This document shows positions 9,774 to 17,993 of a stretch of 64,000 bases of DNA, one piece after another (position 1 is the stretch's first letter; every line of letters starts with the position of its first letter). Source of the DNA: Candidatus Wolfebacteria bacterium GW2011_GWE2_44_13. GTDB taxonomy: Bacteria; Patescibacteriota; Minisyncoccia; UBA6257; UBA9933. The position numbers and the translations under genes were made by a program. The notes under the pieces were generated by a model. The model searched no databases and was not told the DNA's origin. It worked only from the letters and a program-made list of their open reading frames with translations. The stretch covers positions 5,310 through 69,309 of the forward strand of contig LCHW01000002.1 of assembly GCA_001000675.1 (NCBI GenBank), given 5' to 3'.

Positions 9774-10072
9774 TAGTCAGGGTTTTGGATAGTAGAAGTC
9801 CTTCTTCCAAACTGTGGCATTCCAGAGAGCATCGTTTCGAATCCTCGTCCGATAGATGAACCGGTGATAGTGAGCCCATTCTTCAATACTGGCCAGAAAC
9901 CGATACGAACCTCCTCAGTTGAATTTTCTCGGGTATTTGTAAATACAAATGCTCGCATATACAGGACCCAAACAATAACGACGATTAGTGTGGCGGTGAC
10001 GCTTAATCCGATAAGCCACCTAAATCGCGTTTTCTCATCAGATTGGCGAATGGTATGTAGATAGCGCTTCAT
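9773..10072 (-). CDS. Hypothetical single-TM protein
   Basis: 99 aa ORF, co-oriented with neighbours. Confidence 0.7.
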   Translation of the reverse strand: MKRYLHTIRQSDEKTRFRWLIGLSVTATLIVVIVWVLYMRAFVFTNTRENSTEEVRIGFWPVLKNGLTITGSSIGRGFETMLSGMPQFGRRTSTIQNPD

Positions 10073-10084
10073 ACGAGTGGTGAC

Positions 10085-10708
10085 TTATGGTTTTAAAATG
10101 ATTACCTGTCCTGGCTTAATGACAGAAAGATCCTTTTTCTTAATAGTAAGCTTGTCCTGCGATTCAACAGCCTTTTGATCGAGTTCCTCCAGAAATGTTT
10201 TGAGATCTTCCGATGTGCGCTTTAATCCTGCGATCTTGAATGCGGTTGGGATAACGATTTTTGGTTGGAGCTGTTTGATAAGCTTCGCAACTTTCTTTTG
10301 GTCGATATACGGTGTGCCACCTCCAGGGATGAAGAGAATATCGATATCCTCAAGGTGCTCCATAACAGACGGGGAAGGAATTTCAGCAAGGTGTCCGAGG
10401 AAACAGAGCCGGATATCTTCGAGTGTGACGAGATAGACGGTTTTGAGTATTTTGTCGGTCACTTCGTTTTCTGAAAGATATCCGAGTATCGTTGCTCCAT
10501 CCACATTGTATTCCCCTGGGCCGTAGATAGCGACTCCTTGCTCGGAAGGTGCTTCCTGCGGAGGAAACGAGATGAGCGTCTTAAGAAGAATATCGTATTT
10601 GAAGCGAGGAGGGGTCAATCCACTCGAGGCATCGACAGGGTCGGTAAGGATTGTGAACTCACCGCTTTGTATTTTGAAACTATTTTCTCCGTAAAAAGAA
10701 ATAACCAT
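10085..10708 (-). CDS. MBL-fold metallo-hydrolase (Lactamase_B_3-like)
   Basis: MVISFYGENSFKI, GPGEY, DILFIPGGG, PKIVIP; start re-picked at 10708. Confidence 0.85.
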   Translation of the reverse strand: MVISFYGENSFKIQSGEFTILTDPVDASSGLTPPRFKYDILLKTLISFPPQEAPSEQGVAIYGPGEYNVDGATILGYLSENEVTDKILKTVYLVTLEDIRLCFLGHLAEIPSPSVMEHLEDIDILFIPGGGTPYIDQKKVAKLIKQLQPKIVIPTAFKIAGLKRTSEDLKTFLEELDQKAVESQDKLTIKKKDLSVIKPGQVIILKP

Positions 10709-10844
10709 AGGTAGTATTGAATGTAAAATGAGGCGAAAGACACGGAAAATACGGGATTTGGTTCCCGCCATGTCACTCGTTATGTGGCTATTGTACAACA
10801 AAAGGGCTTGATTTTCAAATAGTTTTTCCGTATGATGTGGGTCT

Positions 10845-12011
10845 ATGGTCACTAATATTAATGCAGAAATAAAAAACTCATCCGCAATGAATCAATTGAC
10901 GAAGGCGGATGCGAACATCATCTCATTCCTCAAGGAGGGAGACTTGGTCGAGGCGAAGTTGCTTGCGAAGACAAAGCGCGGCGTACACTTCGATCTCGGT
11001 AAGTACGGTACCGGTATTGTATACGGTATCGAACTCATCAATTCTCGCGACATTGTGAAAGGAATGAACGCGGGTGATACCGTGAGTGCGAAGATAATCA
11101 TGCTCGAGAATAACGAAGGATATGTAGAATTATCCCTCATTAATGCTCAGGAGCAGAAGAATTGGCAGGGACTCAAGGAGCTAAAGGATGGCGACGAGCC
11201 GTTTGGAGTCAAAATCAAGGGAGCCAATAGTGGAGGGCTTGTAGCAGACATTCATGGAACAAAGGCATTCTTGCCAGTATCCCAGTTGTCGAGCGAGCAC
11301 TATCCGCGCATTGAGAAGGGTGACCAAACTCGAATTCTCGAAGAATTGAAGAAATTCGTTGGTGAAGAGTTGATGGTAAAGATCATCGACCTTAACCCAC
11401 GCGCAAACAAGCTCATAATCTCTGAAAAGGAGGCTGTTGAGGAAAATGTACGTGAATTGCTGGGTAAATACGCAGTTGGTGATGTTATCACTGGCGTCGT
11501 ATCAGGAATCGCTGACTTCGGAGCATTTGTCCGATTCATCGATAATCCAGGAATTGAAGGATTGATCCACATCTCTGAACTCGACTATCGTTTGATCGAT
11601 ACACCGAAAGAAGTAGTAAAGATCGACGAAGAGATCAAGGTAAAGATCATTGAAATCAAAGACGATAAGGTATTTCTTTCATTGAAGGCATTAAAGCCAA
11701 ATCCATGGGAGACAGTATCTGATAAGTTTAAAGAAGGACAGGAAGTGGAAGGAAAGGTGTATAAGGTCAACCCGTTTGGCGCATACATCGATCTTGGTCA
11801 GGACCTGTACGGTCTTATCCATGTTTCCGAATTCGGTTCTCCAGATGAATTGAAAAAGAACATGGAGCCAGGCAAGACGCACACATTTACTGTGGAAGCG
11901 ATCAAGCCAGAAGAAAAGCGCATTATCTTGAAGCTCAAGGGCCACAAGAAGGCGGCAAAGAAAGAAAAAGAAGTAGAAAAAGAAGAGGTTGTGGAAACGC
12001 CAGAGGCATAA
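10845..12011 (+). CDS. rpsA: 30S ribosomal protein S1 (short, about 4 S1 domains)
   Basis: Repeated S1 motifs AFLPVSQ, DFGAFV..GLIHISEL, PFGAYI..GLIHVSE. Confidence 0.9.
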   Translation: MVTNINAEIKNSSAMNQLTKADANIISFLKEGDLVEAKLLAKTKRGVHFDLGKYGTGIVYGIELINSRDIVKGMNAGDTVSAKIIMLENNEGYVELSLINAQEQKNWQGLKELKDGDEPFGVKIKGANSGGLVADIHGTKAFLPVSQLSSEHYPRIEKGDQTRILEELKKFVGEELMVKIIDLNPRANKLIISEKEAVEENVRELLGKYAVGDVITGVVSGIADFGAFVRFIDNPGIEGLIHISELDYRLIDTPKEVVKIDEEIKVKIIEIKDDKVFLSLKALKPNPWETVSDKFKEGQEVEGKVYKVNPFGAYIDLGQDLYGLIHVSEFGSPDELKKNMEPGKTHTFTVEAIKPEEKRIILKLKGHKKAAKKEKEVEKEEVVETPEA

Positions 12012-12099
12012 TAGCCAAAAGCAAGCAAAAACCCCGCAGAAATGCGGGGTTTTTGTTTAAAATACGTGCTAAAAGAGGGGAAATATGTAAAATAATGGG

Positions 12100-12139
12100 A
12101 AAATGACAGTGGTGGACGACCGTCCACCGCTGTCATTTT
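12100..12139. repeat. Solo 40-bp palindrome
   Basis: AAAATGACAGTGGTGGACG-AC-CGTCCACCGCTGTCATTTT. Confidence 0.85.
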
Positions 12140-12274
12140 TATGGAGGAGGGCGATAAAATAGCAGATTGACACAGAGATAGACTACGTGCATACTAGGGC
12201 CTGGACATTTCAAGGAGTGATTAGGAAAAATGCATAGGGTAATTACCTAATACGCTAGCAAGGAGCTATAATCG

Positions 12275-12685
12275 ATGTTGAAAAATGAACAACGGACCAG
12301 AGGCGGAAAGCTTATTTGTACCTGTTGCAATGGCGCAGTAGAGGCAGTAGAAGCGAGAAGAGTGATTGATGGGCACGAGCTGCACAAGAACTGCGGGGAG
12401 AAGTTCTCTTTGCTGGAATCGGTGCGGCTGGATTTGCAGCCCGTTATATCGACATTGCCTGAGAACTTTTTCTCAAGAGGAGCTGTCTTGCTGACGCTGA
12501 GCAAAGCTTACACAGTGAGCCAGTTTAAACTCGCACTTTTTATCTTTTGCGAGCACCTCGCGGAAGGGCGGCAGTGGTTGGGGTCGCAATTTCAAACCAT
12601 TGTCTCTAAAGTCAGGTGCATTATCGAGCAAAGCGCAATGCGTAATGCGCTTCTGCCGGCAATCGCTCCGGTTATGGTGGCGTAA
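12275..12685 (+). CDS. Hypothetical protein with CxCC..GHxxH..C putative Zn-binding motif (paralog A)
   Basis: Promoter TTGACA-17-CATACT (12167-12195), SD AAGGAG, terminator ~12710-12739. Confidence 0.8.
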   Translation: MLKNEQRTRGGKLICTCCNGAVEAVEARRVIDGHELHKNCGEKFSLLESVRLDLQPVISTLPENFFSRGAVLLTLSKAYTVSQFKLALFIFCEHLAEGRQWLGSQFQTIVSKVRCIIEQSAMRNALLPAIAPVMVA

Positions 12686-12855
12686 ATCAGTACCTAACCA
12701 AACATGCAAGGGCCACTTCGAAAGAAGTGGCCTATTTTTATAAAACGGGGTTGACAAATAAGAGATTTGTGGCAATACTAGACCCAGATCATCTGCAATG
12801 CAATAAAGAAAGTGTGGTACAACTAATAACCCCCAACCTGAAATTGGAGGCCACG

Positions 12856-13290
12856 ATGGCGAAAGAATTTAAGTTTCCTGGACAGCAGAGAATGTCTGGG
12901 ACGAACCCCGTGTGCGGGTGCTGTAATGTCACGATAACACCAGGACAGAAGCGCTGCGAACGCGGAGGGCATTTAGTTCATGGCACTAGCACCGAAGGCT
13001 GTGCCGCATCCTTTGACCGAGCGGAGGAAGTTCGGGAGAGTATCGATAAGGCCTTCAGTGGAATGCCGGCAGACTTCTTCTCCGAAGGCGATTTGCGTAG
13101 TCGACTCAATGCCGCCTGTACGGTGCAATCGGCGCAAGGAATCCTACTGGACTTCGTCCGCCTGTTGAGCGAGCAGCGCGATCGTCTGGTGCAATGTGCC
13201 GAGATTGCCTTCAACGAGGCCGTTCGCCTCGCAAAAGAAGTCGGTAGAATGCTGCGCGTCGAGGGACGCGTAGCAGCATATAACCTATAA
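12856..13290 (+). CDS. Hypothetical protein with CxCC..GHxxH..C putative Zn-binding motif (paralog B)
   Basis: Promoter TTGACA-17-AATACT (12751-12779), SD GGAGG before ATG 12856, terminator ~13319-13357. Confidence 0.8.
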   Translation: MAKEFKFPGQQRMSGTNPVCGCCNVTITPGQKRCERGGHLVHGTSTEGCAASFDRAEEVRESIDKAFSGMPADFFSEGDLRSRLNAACTVQSAQGILLDFVRLLSEQRDRLVQCAEIAFNEAVRLAKEVGRMLRVEGRVAAYNL

Positions 13291-13398
13291 AACCACCGCC
13301 ACACCTCTTGTGTGCAATTGGAGCTGACCCTTCGCGAGGGCAGCTCCACTTTTTTTCATATTGCAATTACAGACAAATTAGTAGATAGTACAACATAC

Positions 13399-14163
13399 AT
13401 GGAACGTAAGGATATAACAGTTATATATGAAGACGAAAATGTGGTGGCTATCAATAAGCCAGCGCATCTTTTAGTCCATCCCTACGCAGATAATAAGGAT
13501 TATGCGCTAACCACGTGGCTATTAAAGCATTATCCAGGAGTTAAGACAGTCGGGGATGATCCAGAGCAGCGTCCTGGAATTGTACATCGTCTCGATAAAG
13601 ATACATCGGGAGTAATCTTAGTTCCGCGGAGCCACGAATATTTTAGGTATTTGAAGGAACTGTTTCAATCGCATGGTATTAAAAAATCATACCTCGCATT
13701 AGTATGGGGAAAGGTACAGGAAAAGAAAGGAACGATTAATAAGCCAATCAGCCTAAAGGGAGGAACGACAAAGCGAACGGTGCATGATGGTAAAATGACC
13801 AAAGAAGCATTGACCGATTATGAGGTAGTAAAGCGGTTCACGTTCGACGATCCAGACACAGAAACAAGAAAAATATACGATTTTACCTTAGTTCGCGCAT
13901 GGCCTAAAACAGGACGAACGCACCAAATTCGCGTGCATTTGGCATCAATTGGGTTCGCAATCGTAGGAGATACGATGTACGGAGCAAAAAAGAACCCCCT
14001 TGCACTTGATCGACAATTCCTACACGCAGAATCTATTGAATTTCTCGCAGCAGAAGGACATAAGTTAAATATAGAAGCGGAACTTCCAGCAGATCTCAAA
14101 AAGGTATTGGTACGACTAGAAGAATACGATGTTTCCGCACCTCCATTAAATGAGCGGGCATAA
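13399..14163 (+). CDS. RluA/RluD-family pseudouridine synthase
   Basis: INKPA..VHP, RPGIVHRLDKDTSG, TGRTHQIRVH. Confidence 0.95.
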   Translation: MERKDITVIYEDENVVAINKPAHLLVHPYADNKDYALTTWLLKHYPGVKTVGDDPEQRPGIVHRLDKDTSGVILVPRSHEYFRYLKELFQSHGIKKSYLALVWGKVQEKKGTINKPISLKGGTTKRTVHDGKMTKEALTDYEVVKRFTFDDPDTETRKIYDFTLVRAWPKTGRTHQIRVHLASIGFAIVGDTMYGAKKNPLALDRQFLHAESIEFLAAEGHKLNIEAELPADLKKVLVRLEEYDVSAPPLNERA

Positions 14164-14205
14164 AAAGGAGAAACATAAAATAAAAATGGCGATCATTCGC
14201 CATTT

Positions 14206-14766
14206 TTATTTGTGTGAAATGCGTTGAAAAGGAATACGTTGTTGCGCTGCTTGGGATATTTCATATCCAGTATCAAACGATCGCACTGCAACGGTCGATA
14301 ATATGTGAGCGCCAACATGGGAAGCCTCAAATGTAGTATGAGGAATACCTGCGTGCACAAAGGCATTAACAATCACTGAAGAACAATATCCTTTAGACGC
14401 ATGAGCCTTGAGAGATTCTTCTAGTGCATTGATTGCGGCTTCGACAACTAAAGCGTCTTCGGTAATGCGAGCAAAAGAGAGCAGCTTTGGATGGCTAGTA
14501 AAAAAATTGCGCCAAGAAAGGTTGTCAAAAAGATGTTCCTTGTGAATAACTCCTTTTTGATCGGGGTAGGGGTTAAGAAGCATGCCGTCGCCCAGATAGA
14601 GCATCGCGTGCTCAAAATTTCCGGGCATTATCCAATTAATAAGGCGGTCGAGGAGTGTATCAACGAGAATAGGTCGTAAAATAACATCCCCGCGCTTCAC
14701 CGCCCTGGCAACATACCCATTAAAATAGATATTTTCGAAAAACCCTTCTTTTTCAATACGGTTCAT
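14206..14766 (-). CDS. Permuted papain-like NlpC/P60 (YiiX/YebB-like) protein
   Basis: GDVIL, FEHAMLYLGDG (His before Cys), YCSSVI. Confidence 0.7.
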   Translation of the reverse strand: MNRIEKEGFFENIYFNGYVARAVKRGDVILRPILVDTLLDRLINWIMPGNFEHAMLYLGDGMLLNPYPDQKGVIHKEHLFDNLSWRNFFTSHPKLLSFARITEDALVVEAAINALEESLKAHASKGYCSSVIVNAFVHAGIPHTTFEASHVGAHILSTVAVRSFDTGYEISQAAQQRIPFQRISHK

Positions 14767-14855
14767 ATATAGAGTATACTACGAAACCGAAGGAGAGCTC
14801 TAGGGGAGGGGGATGAGTTGACTAAATGGAAATTATCTACTAATATAAGCAAACT

Positions 14856-15179
14856 ATGGATAAAGAACTCATGGCACAAATAAAGCCGGGAGCAAGCGTC
14901 CGCGTATGGGAGCGTATTAAGGATGGAGAGAAAGAGCGCATCAGCAAATTCCAGGGAATCATCATTGCGACCAAGCACGGAAAGGAAATCGGATCAACAT
15001 TTACAGTACGATCGATCATTAGCGAAATTGGCGTTGAAAAGGTATATCCGTTCAACACCCCGTTAATCTCGAAAGTAGAAATATTGACCGCTCCAAAGAA
15101 AGTGCGACGCGCAAAATTGTACTTCGTTCGAAGCCTTTCGAAAAAGAAGACACGCGAAAAAATCGGTATTGCCGCTTAA
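14856..15179 (+). CDS. rplS: 50S ribosomal protein L19
   Basis: KERISKFQGIIIA, TFTVR, GVEKVYP, VRRAKLYF. Confidence 0.97.
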   Translation: MDKELMAQIKPGASVRVWERIKDGEKERISKFQGIIIATKHGKEIGSTFTVRSIISEIGVEKVYPFNTPLISKVEILTAPKKVRRAKLYFVRSLSKKKTREKIGIAA

Positions 15180-15212
15180 TAAAAAAATCCGCTTCGGCGG
15201 ATTTTTTGTTCT

Positions 15213-15240
15213 TGTCATTCCCGCAAAAGCGGGAATCCAG
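15213..15240. repeat. dRS3-like repeat, single copy
   Basis: TGTCATTCCCGCAAAAGCGGGAATCCAG. Confidence 0.85.
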
Positions 15241-15258
15241 AATTTATGGAGACGTAGT

Positions 15259-15287
15259 TTGGTAGACGCTATTACCTTGAGGCGGTA
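15259..15287 (+). pseudogene. tRNA-Leu(GAG) fragment (D-loop plus anticodon arm)
   Basis: TTGGTAGACGC..TACC-TTGAGGC-GGTA versus TTGGTATACGC.TACGA-TTGAGGT-TCGTA in the intact tRNA downstream. Confidence 0.55.
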
Positions 15288-15297
15288 TAATGAATAT

Positions 15298-15942
15298 ATG
15301 AAGCCGCTTGGAAAAGTAAAGTTAGAATGGTCTTCCGAATTCGCATACGCGATTGGATTAATTGTGAGCGACGGGAGTTTGTCGAAAGATGGGCGGCACA
15401 TCACACTTGTTTCGAAGGATAATGAGATGATAGATAATTTTAGAAAATGTCTAGGCATTTCCAATAAGACGGAGAGCCATACTAGTGGGCATACTGAAAA
15501 GAAAAATTTTAGAATTCAGGTAGGGGACAGAATATTCTACGATTTTTTAGTGGAAATAGGATTGATGGCGAATAAGACAAAAATTTTAAAAGAAATAAGT
15601 ATTCCTAAAAAATATTTTGCCGATTTTTTGCGTGGGCATTTTGATGGTGATGGAACATTTTATTCGTATTGGGATCCGAGGTGGAAGTCGAGCTTTATGT
15701 ATTACACCGGGTTTGTTTCTGCAAGCCGTAATCATATTGAGTGGCTACGAGGAGAGCTAAACATACTATGTGGAGTAAAAGGGCATTGCGCAGAGAAACC
15801 AAGTGGTTCGGTCTATCAATTAAGATACGCAAAGAGCGAATCGAATAAGTTGATCAAATTCATGTACTATTCGGACAATGTGGTTTGTTTATCGCGGAAG
15901 CACTTGAAAATAAGAAAGGTTTTAGATAGTATAGGTGAGTAG
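15298..15942 (+). CDS. Free-standing two-motif LAGLIDADG endonuclease-like protein
   Basis: FAYAIGLIVSDGSL and FLRGHFDGDG motifs; start re-picked at ATG 15298. Confidence 0.9.
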   Translation: MKPLGKVKLEWSSEFAYAIGLIVSDGSLSKDGRHITLVSKDNEMIDNFRKCLGISNKTESHTSGHTEKKNFRIQVGDRIFYDFLVEIGLMANKTKILKEISIPKKYFADFLRGHFDGDGTFYSYWDPRWKSSFMYYTGFVSASRNHIEWLRGELNILCGVKGHCAEKPSGSVYQLRYAKSESNKLIKFMYYSDNVVCLSRKHLKIRKVLDSIGE

Positions 15943-15950
15943 TAATACAT

Positions 15951-16032
15951 GCGCGGGTGGCGGAATTGGTATACGCGTACGATTGAGGTTCGTATGGAGC
16001 AATCCATGGAGGTTCAAGTCCTCTCTCGCGCA
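15951..16032 (+). tRNA. tRNA-Leu(GAG)
   Basis: GCGCGGGTGGCGGAATTGGTATACGC, anticodon arm TACGA-TTGAGGT-TCGTA, GGTTCAAGTCC. Confidence 0.95.
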
Positions 16033-16120
16033 CATATATAAAAAACGGCTTTAGCCGTTTTTTTGAAAATAAAAAAGTGCGCAGCCGAAGCTGCGCACAG
16101 AGAAACTTGGTTGGGCACAA

Positions 16121-16906
16121 CTAGAAGCTGTACCCGATTTTCAACCAGCCGGTCGAGGTGCTCGACTTTGGCTGCCAAAAGGTGCCTTTGGAGCCTGTGT
16201 CGGACACCAGTACCACGGGGTCGGACTTTGCAAAATCGATCCGTTCATAGGAAAGGGCACAGCTCCAGCGAGTGCCTTTAACCCCCATTTCCCCGAACGC
16301 GCCAGGGCGCGCTTTAGGACGAAGAACTACATCGGGGAAGTCGGTAAAGTCTGAGGTCGCCCAATGATTTTTGGTATAGAGAGGAAGCGCGGCGCCTCCT
16401 TCAATATACACGGTCGTCTTCGGGGTAACATGGGCGATTCTTGCGCCCACACGAGTGAAGGCCATGTCCCAGACCTCATCCTCGACTTCGCGGCTCCACC
16501 ACTTGTGCTCGAGCCCAACAAACGGGCTAAAGCGAACACTTCGGATGGGGATTTCTGCGGTAGCGCGAACTTCTTCGCGCATACCGATGTAGGTGTTGTC
16601 GTTGCGACGAAACGATTCGCCCGTGGCGATGACTTCTCCGTCGTACACGACATCCCCTCCCCAGACCTCAATAGTTTCACTAAGGATGAGGTGTTTGAGG
16701 AATCGGTCGGTACGAGTGACGCCGACGGCATAGAGCACTCCGTCGTCTCGAATGTATTCATCCCCATTGTCACGCCACTCCATCCAGGAGAAGTACCCGA
16801 CCTTTCCATAGGTCGTCCAATGCTTTTCCGGCAAAGAATCAGCGGCAAACACCGGAGAAAGAGTAAGGGAAAACAGGGTGATTACCAACAAAGCGATCGT
16901 TCTCAT
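16121..16906 (-). CDS. Secreted outer-membrane beta-barrel-like protein
   Basis: Signal peptide, alternating amphipathic beta strands, C-terminal WLKIGYSF; promoter TTGACA-17-TATATT and SD AAGGAGG. Confidence 0.7.
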   Translation of the reverse strand: MRTIALLVITLFSLTLSPVFAADSLPEKHWTTYGKVGYFSWMEWRDNGDEYIRDDGVLYAVGVTRTDRFLKHLILSETIEVWGGDVVYDGEVIATGESFRRNDNTYIGMREEVRATAEIPIRSVRFSPFVGLEHKWWSREVEDEVWDMAFTRVGARIAHVTPKTTVYIEGGAALPLYTKNHWATSDFTDFPDVVLRPKARPGAFGEMGVKGTRWSCALSYERIDFAKSDPVVLVSDTGSKGTFWQPKSSTSTGWLKIGYSF

Positions 16907-17062
16907 ACGAACCTCCTTGGGTGTGTGATATTGTAAAAGTGAGCATCGAGAGAATCTCGATAAAGGCTGATAATATAATAACCTGTTTATAGAAATATGT
17001 CAATGTCATACAATACTCTTGTCATTGTGTCGGTTTTAGAAGGGGATGCTATACTTATACAT

Positions 17063-17353
17063 ATGGAACACATGGAAAGCATCAACGGCAGCAGGCCCGC
17101 TTCATTCGAAGCAACCCAAAGAGAGAGGGTAACACGTGTAGAAGAAAAAATATGCGCACATATGGAGGCGGAGCTTGGAGAAATACGAAAAGAAGTAGAG
17201 CTTATTAAGAAATTAAAATTGACGGAGCACATAACGGTAAAGCGAAATATCGAGAAGGCAAACGAAGCCTTAGAGAAGGAAAATGAAATTCTACGCGATA
17301 TGTCTGCGCGTTTGCGTAAGCTAAATGAAACACTAATGAAAGAGGCGGCATGA
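17063..17353 (+). CDS. Hypothetical coiled-coil protein
   Basis: Glu/Lys-rich heptads; stop overlaps next start (ATGA). Confidence 0.6.
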   Translation: MEHMESINGSRPASFEATQRERVTRVEEKICAHMEAELGEIRKEVELIKKLKLTEHITVKRNIEKANEALEKENEILRDMSARLRKLNETLMKEAA

Positions 17354-17877
17354 TTTTAATAAACACCGGCAATGGAAAGGGGAAAACAACCGCAGCATTG
17401 GGGGTTGCATTGCGCGCACTGGGCTACGGGAAGCGCGTTGCGATGATCCAGTTTATTAAAGGGACATGGGAAAGTGGAGAAGATATTTTTGGAAAAGAGT
17501 GTGACATAAAAAGCGATAATTTTTTAGTTATCAAAACAGGAAAAGGATTTGTGGGGTTGCCTGGGGACATACTTCCATTCGAAGAACATAAAAAAGCAGC
17601 GGAAGAAGGATTACGAAAGGCAGAAGAATTGCTGATGTCAAAAAAATACGATCTCGTTATCCTTGATGAAATAAATAACACAGTAGATTTAAAATTGATT
17701 ACCGAAAAAAGTGTAATCGATATACTTGAGAAACTGCCGGAAGATATTGATGTGATTCTAACGGGTCGCAACGCGCCAGAAAGTTTTATTACGCTTGCCG
17801 ATACAGTGACGGAAATGGAAGAAGTGAAGCACGCTTTTGCGAAAGGGATAAAAGCAAAAAAAGGGATAGATTTTTAA
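17350..17877 (+). CDS. cobO: Cob(I)alamin adenosyltransferase, CobO/BtuR family
   Basis: TGNGKGKTTAALG, QFIKG, LVILDEI, ILTGR, AD.VTEM..KH....GI.A..GIDF. Confidence 0.93.
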   Translation: MILINTGNGKGKTTAALGVALRALGYGKRVAMIQFIKGTWESGEDIFGKECDIKSDNFLVIKTGKGFVGLPGDILPFEEHKKAAEEGLRKAEELLMSKKYDLVILDEINNTVDLKLITEKSVIDILEKLPEDIDVILTGRNAPESFITLADTVTEMEEVKHAFAKGIKAKKGIDF

Positions 17878-17885
17878 ATGAGAAT

Positions 17886-17947
17886 TGTCATTCCCGCGGA
17901 GGCGGGAATCCAGAACTTTATAGATTCCCGCCTCCGCGGGAATGACA
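17886..17947. repeat. dRS3-like repeat, inverted doublet
   Basis: TGTCATTCCCGCGGAGGCGGGAATC..GATTCCCGCCTCCGCGGGAATGACA. Confidence 0.9.
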
Positions 17948-17993
17948 GATATAGTTATGTTTTTTACTTTAGTAACCACATCTCGCATCTAAT

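Noticed and set aside
15169-15297. N-terminal extension of the LAGLIDADG ORF
   Set aside because: It reads through the rplS terminator and a dRS3-like repeat (VIPAKAGIQ); promoter position favours ATG 15298.
16364-16936. Long antisense or overlapping ORFs (also 559-1119, 47079-47627, 38592-39353, 58066-58758)
   Set aside because: They shadow well-supported genes on the other strand and show no motifs or expression signals.
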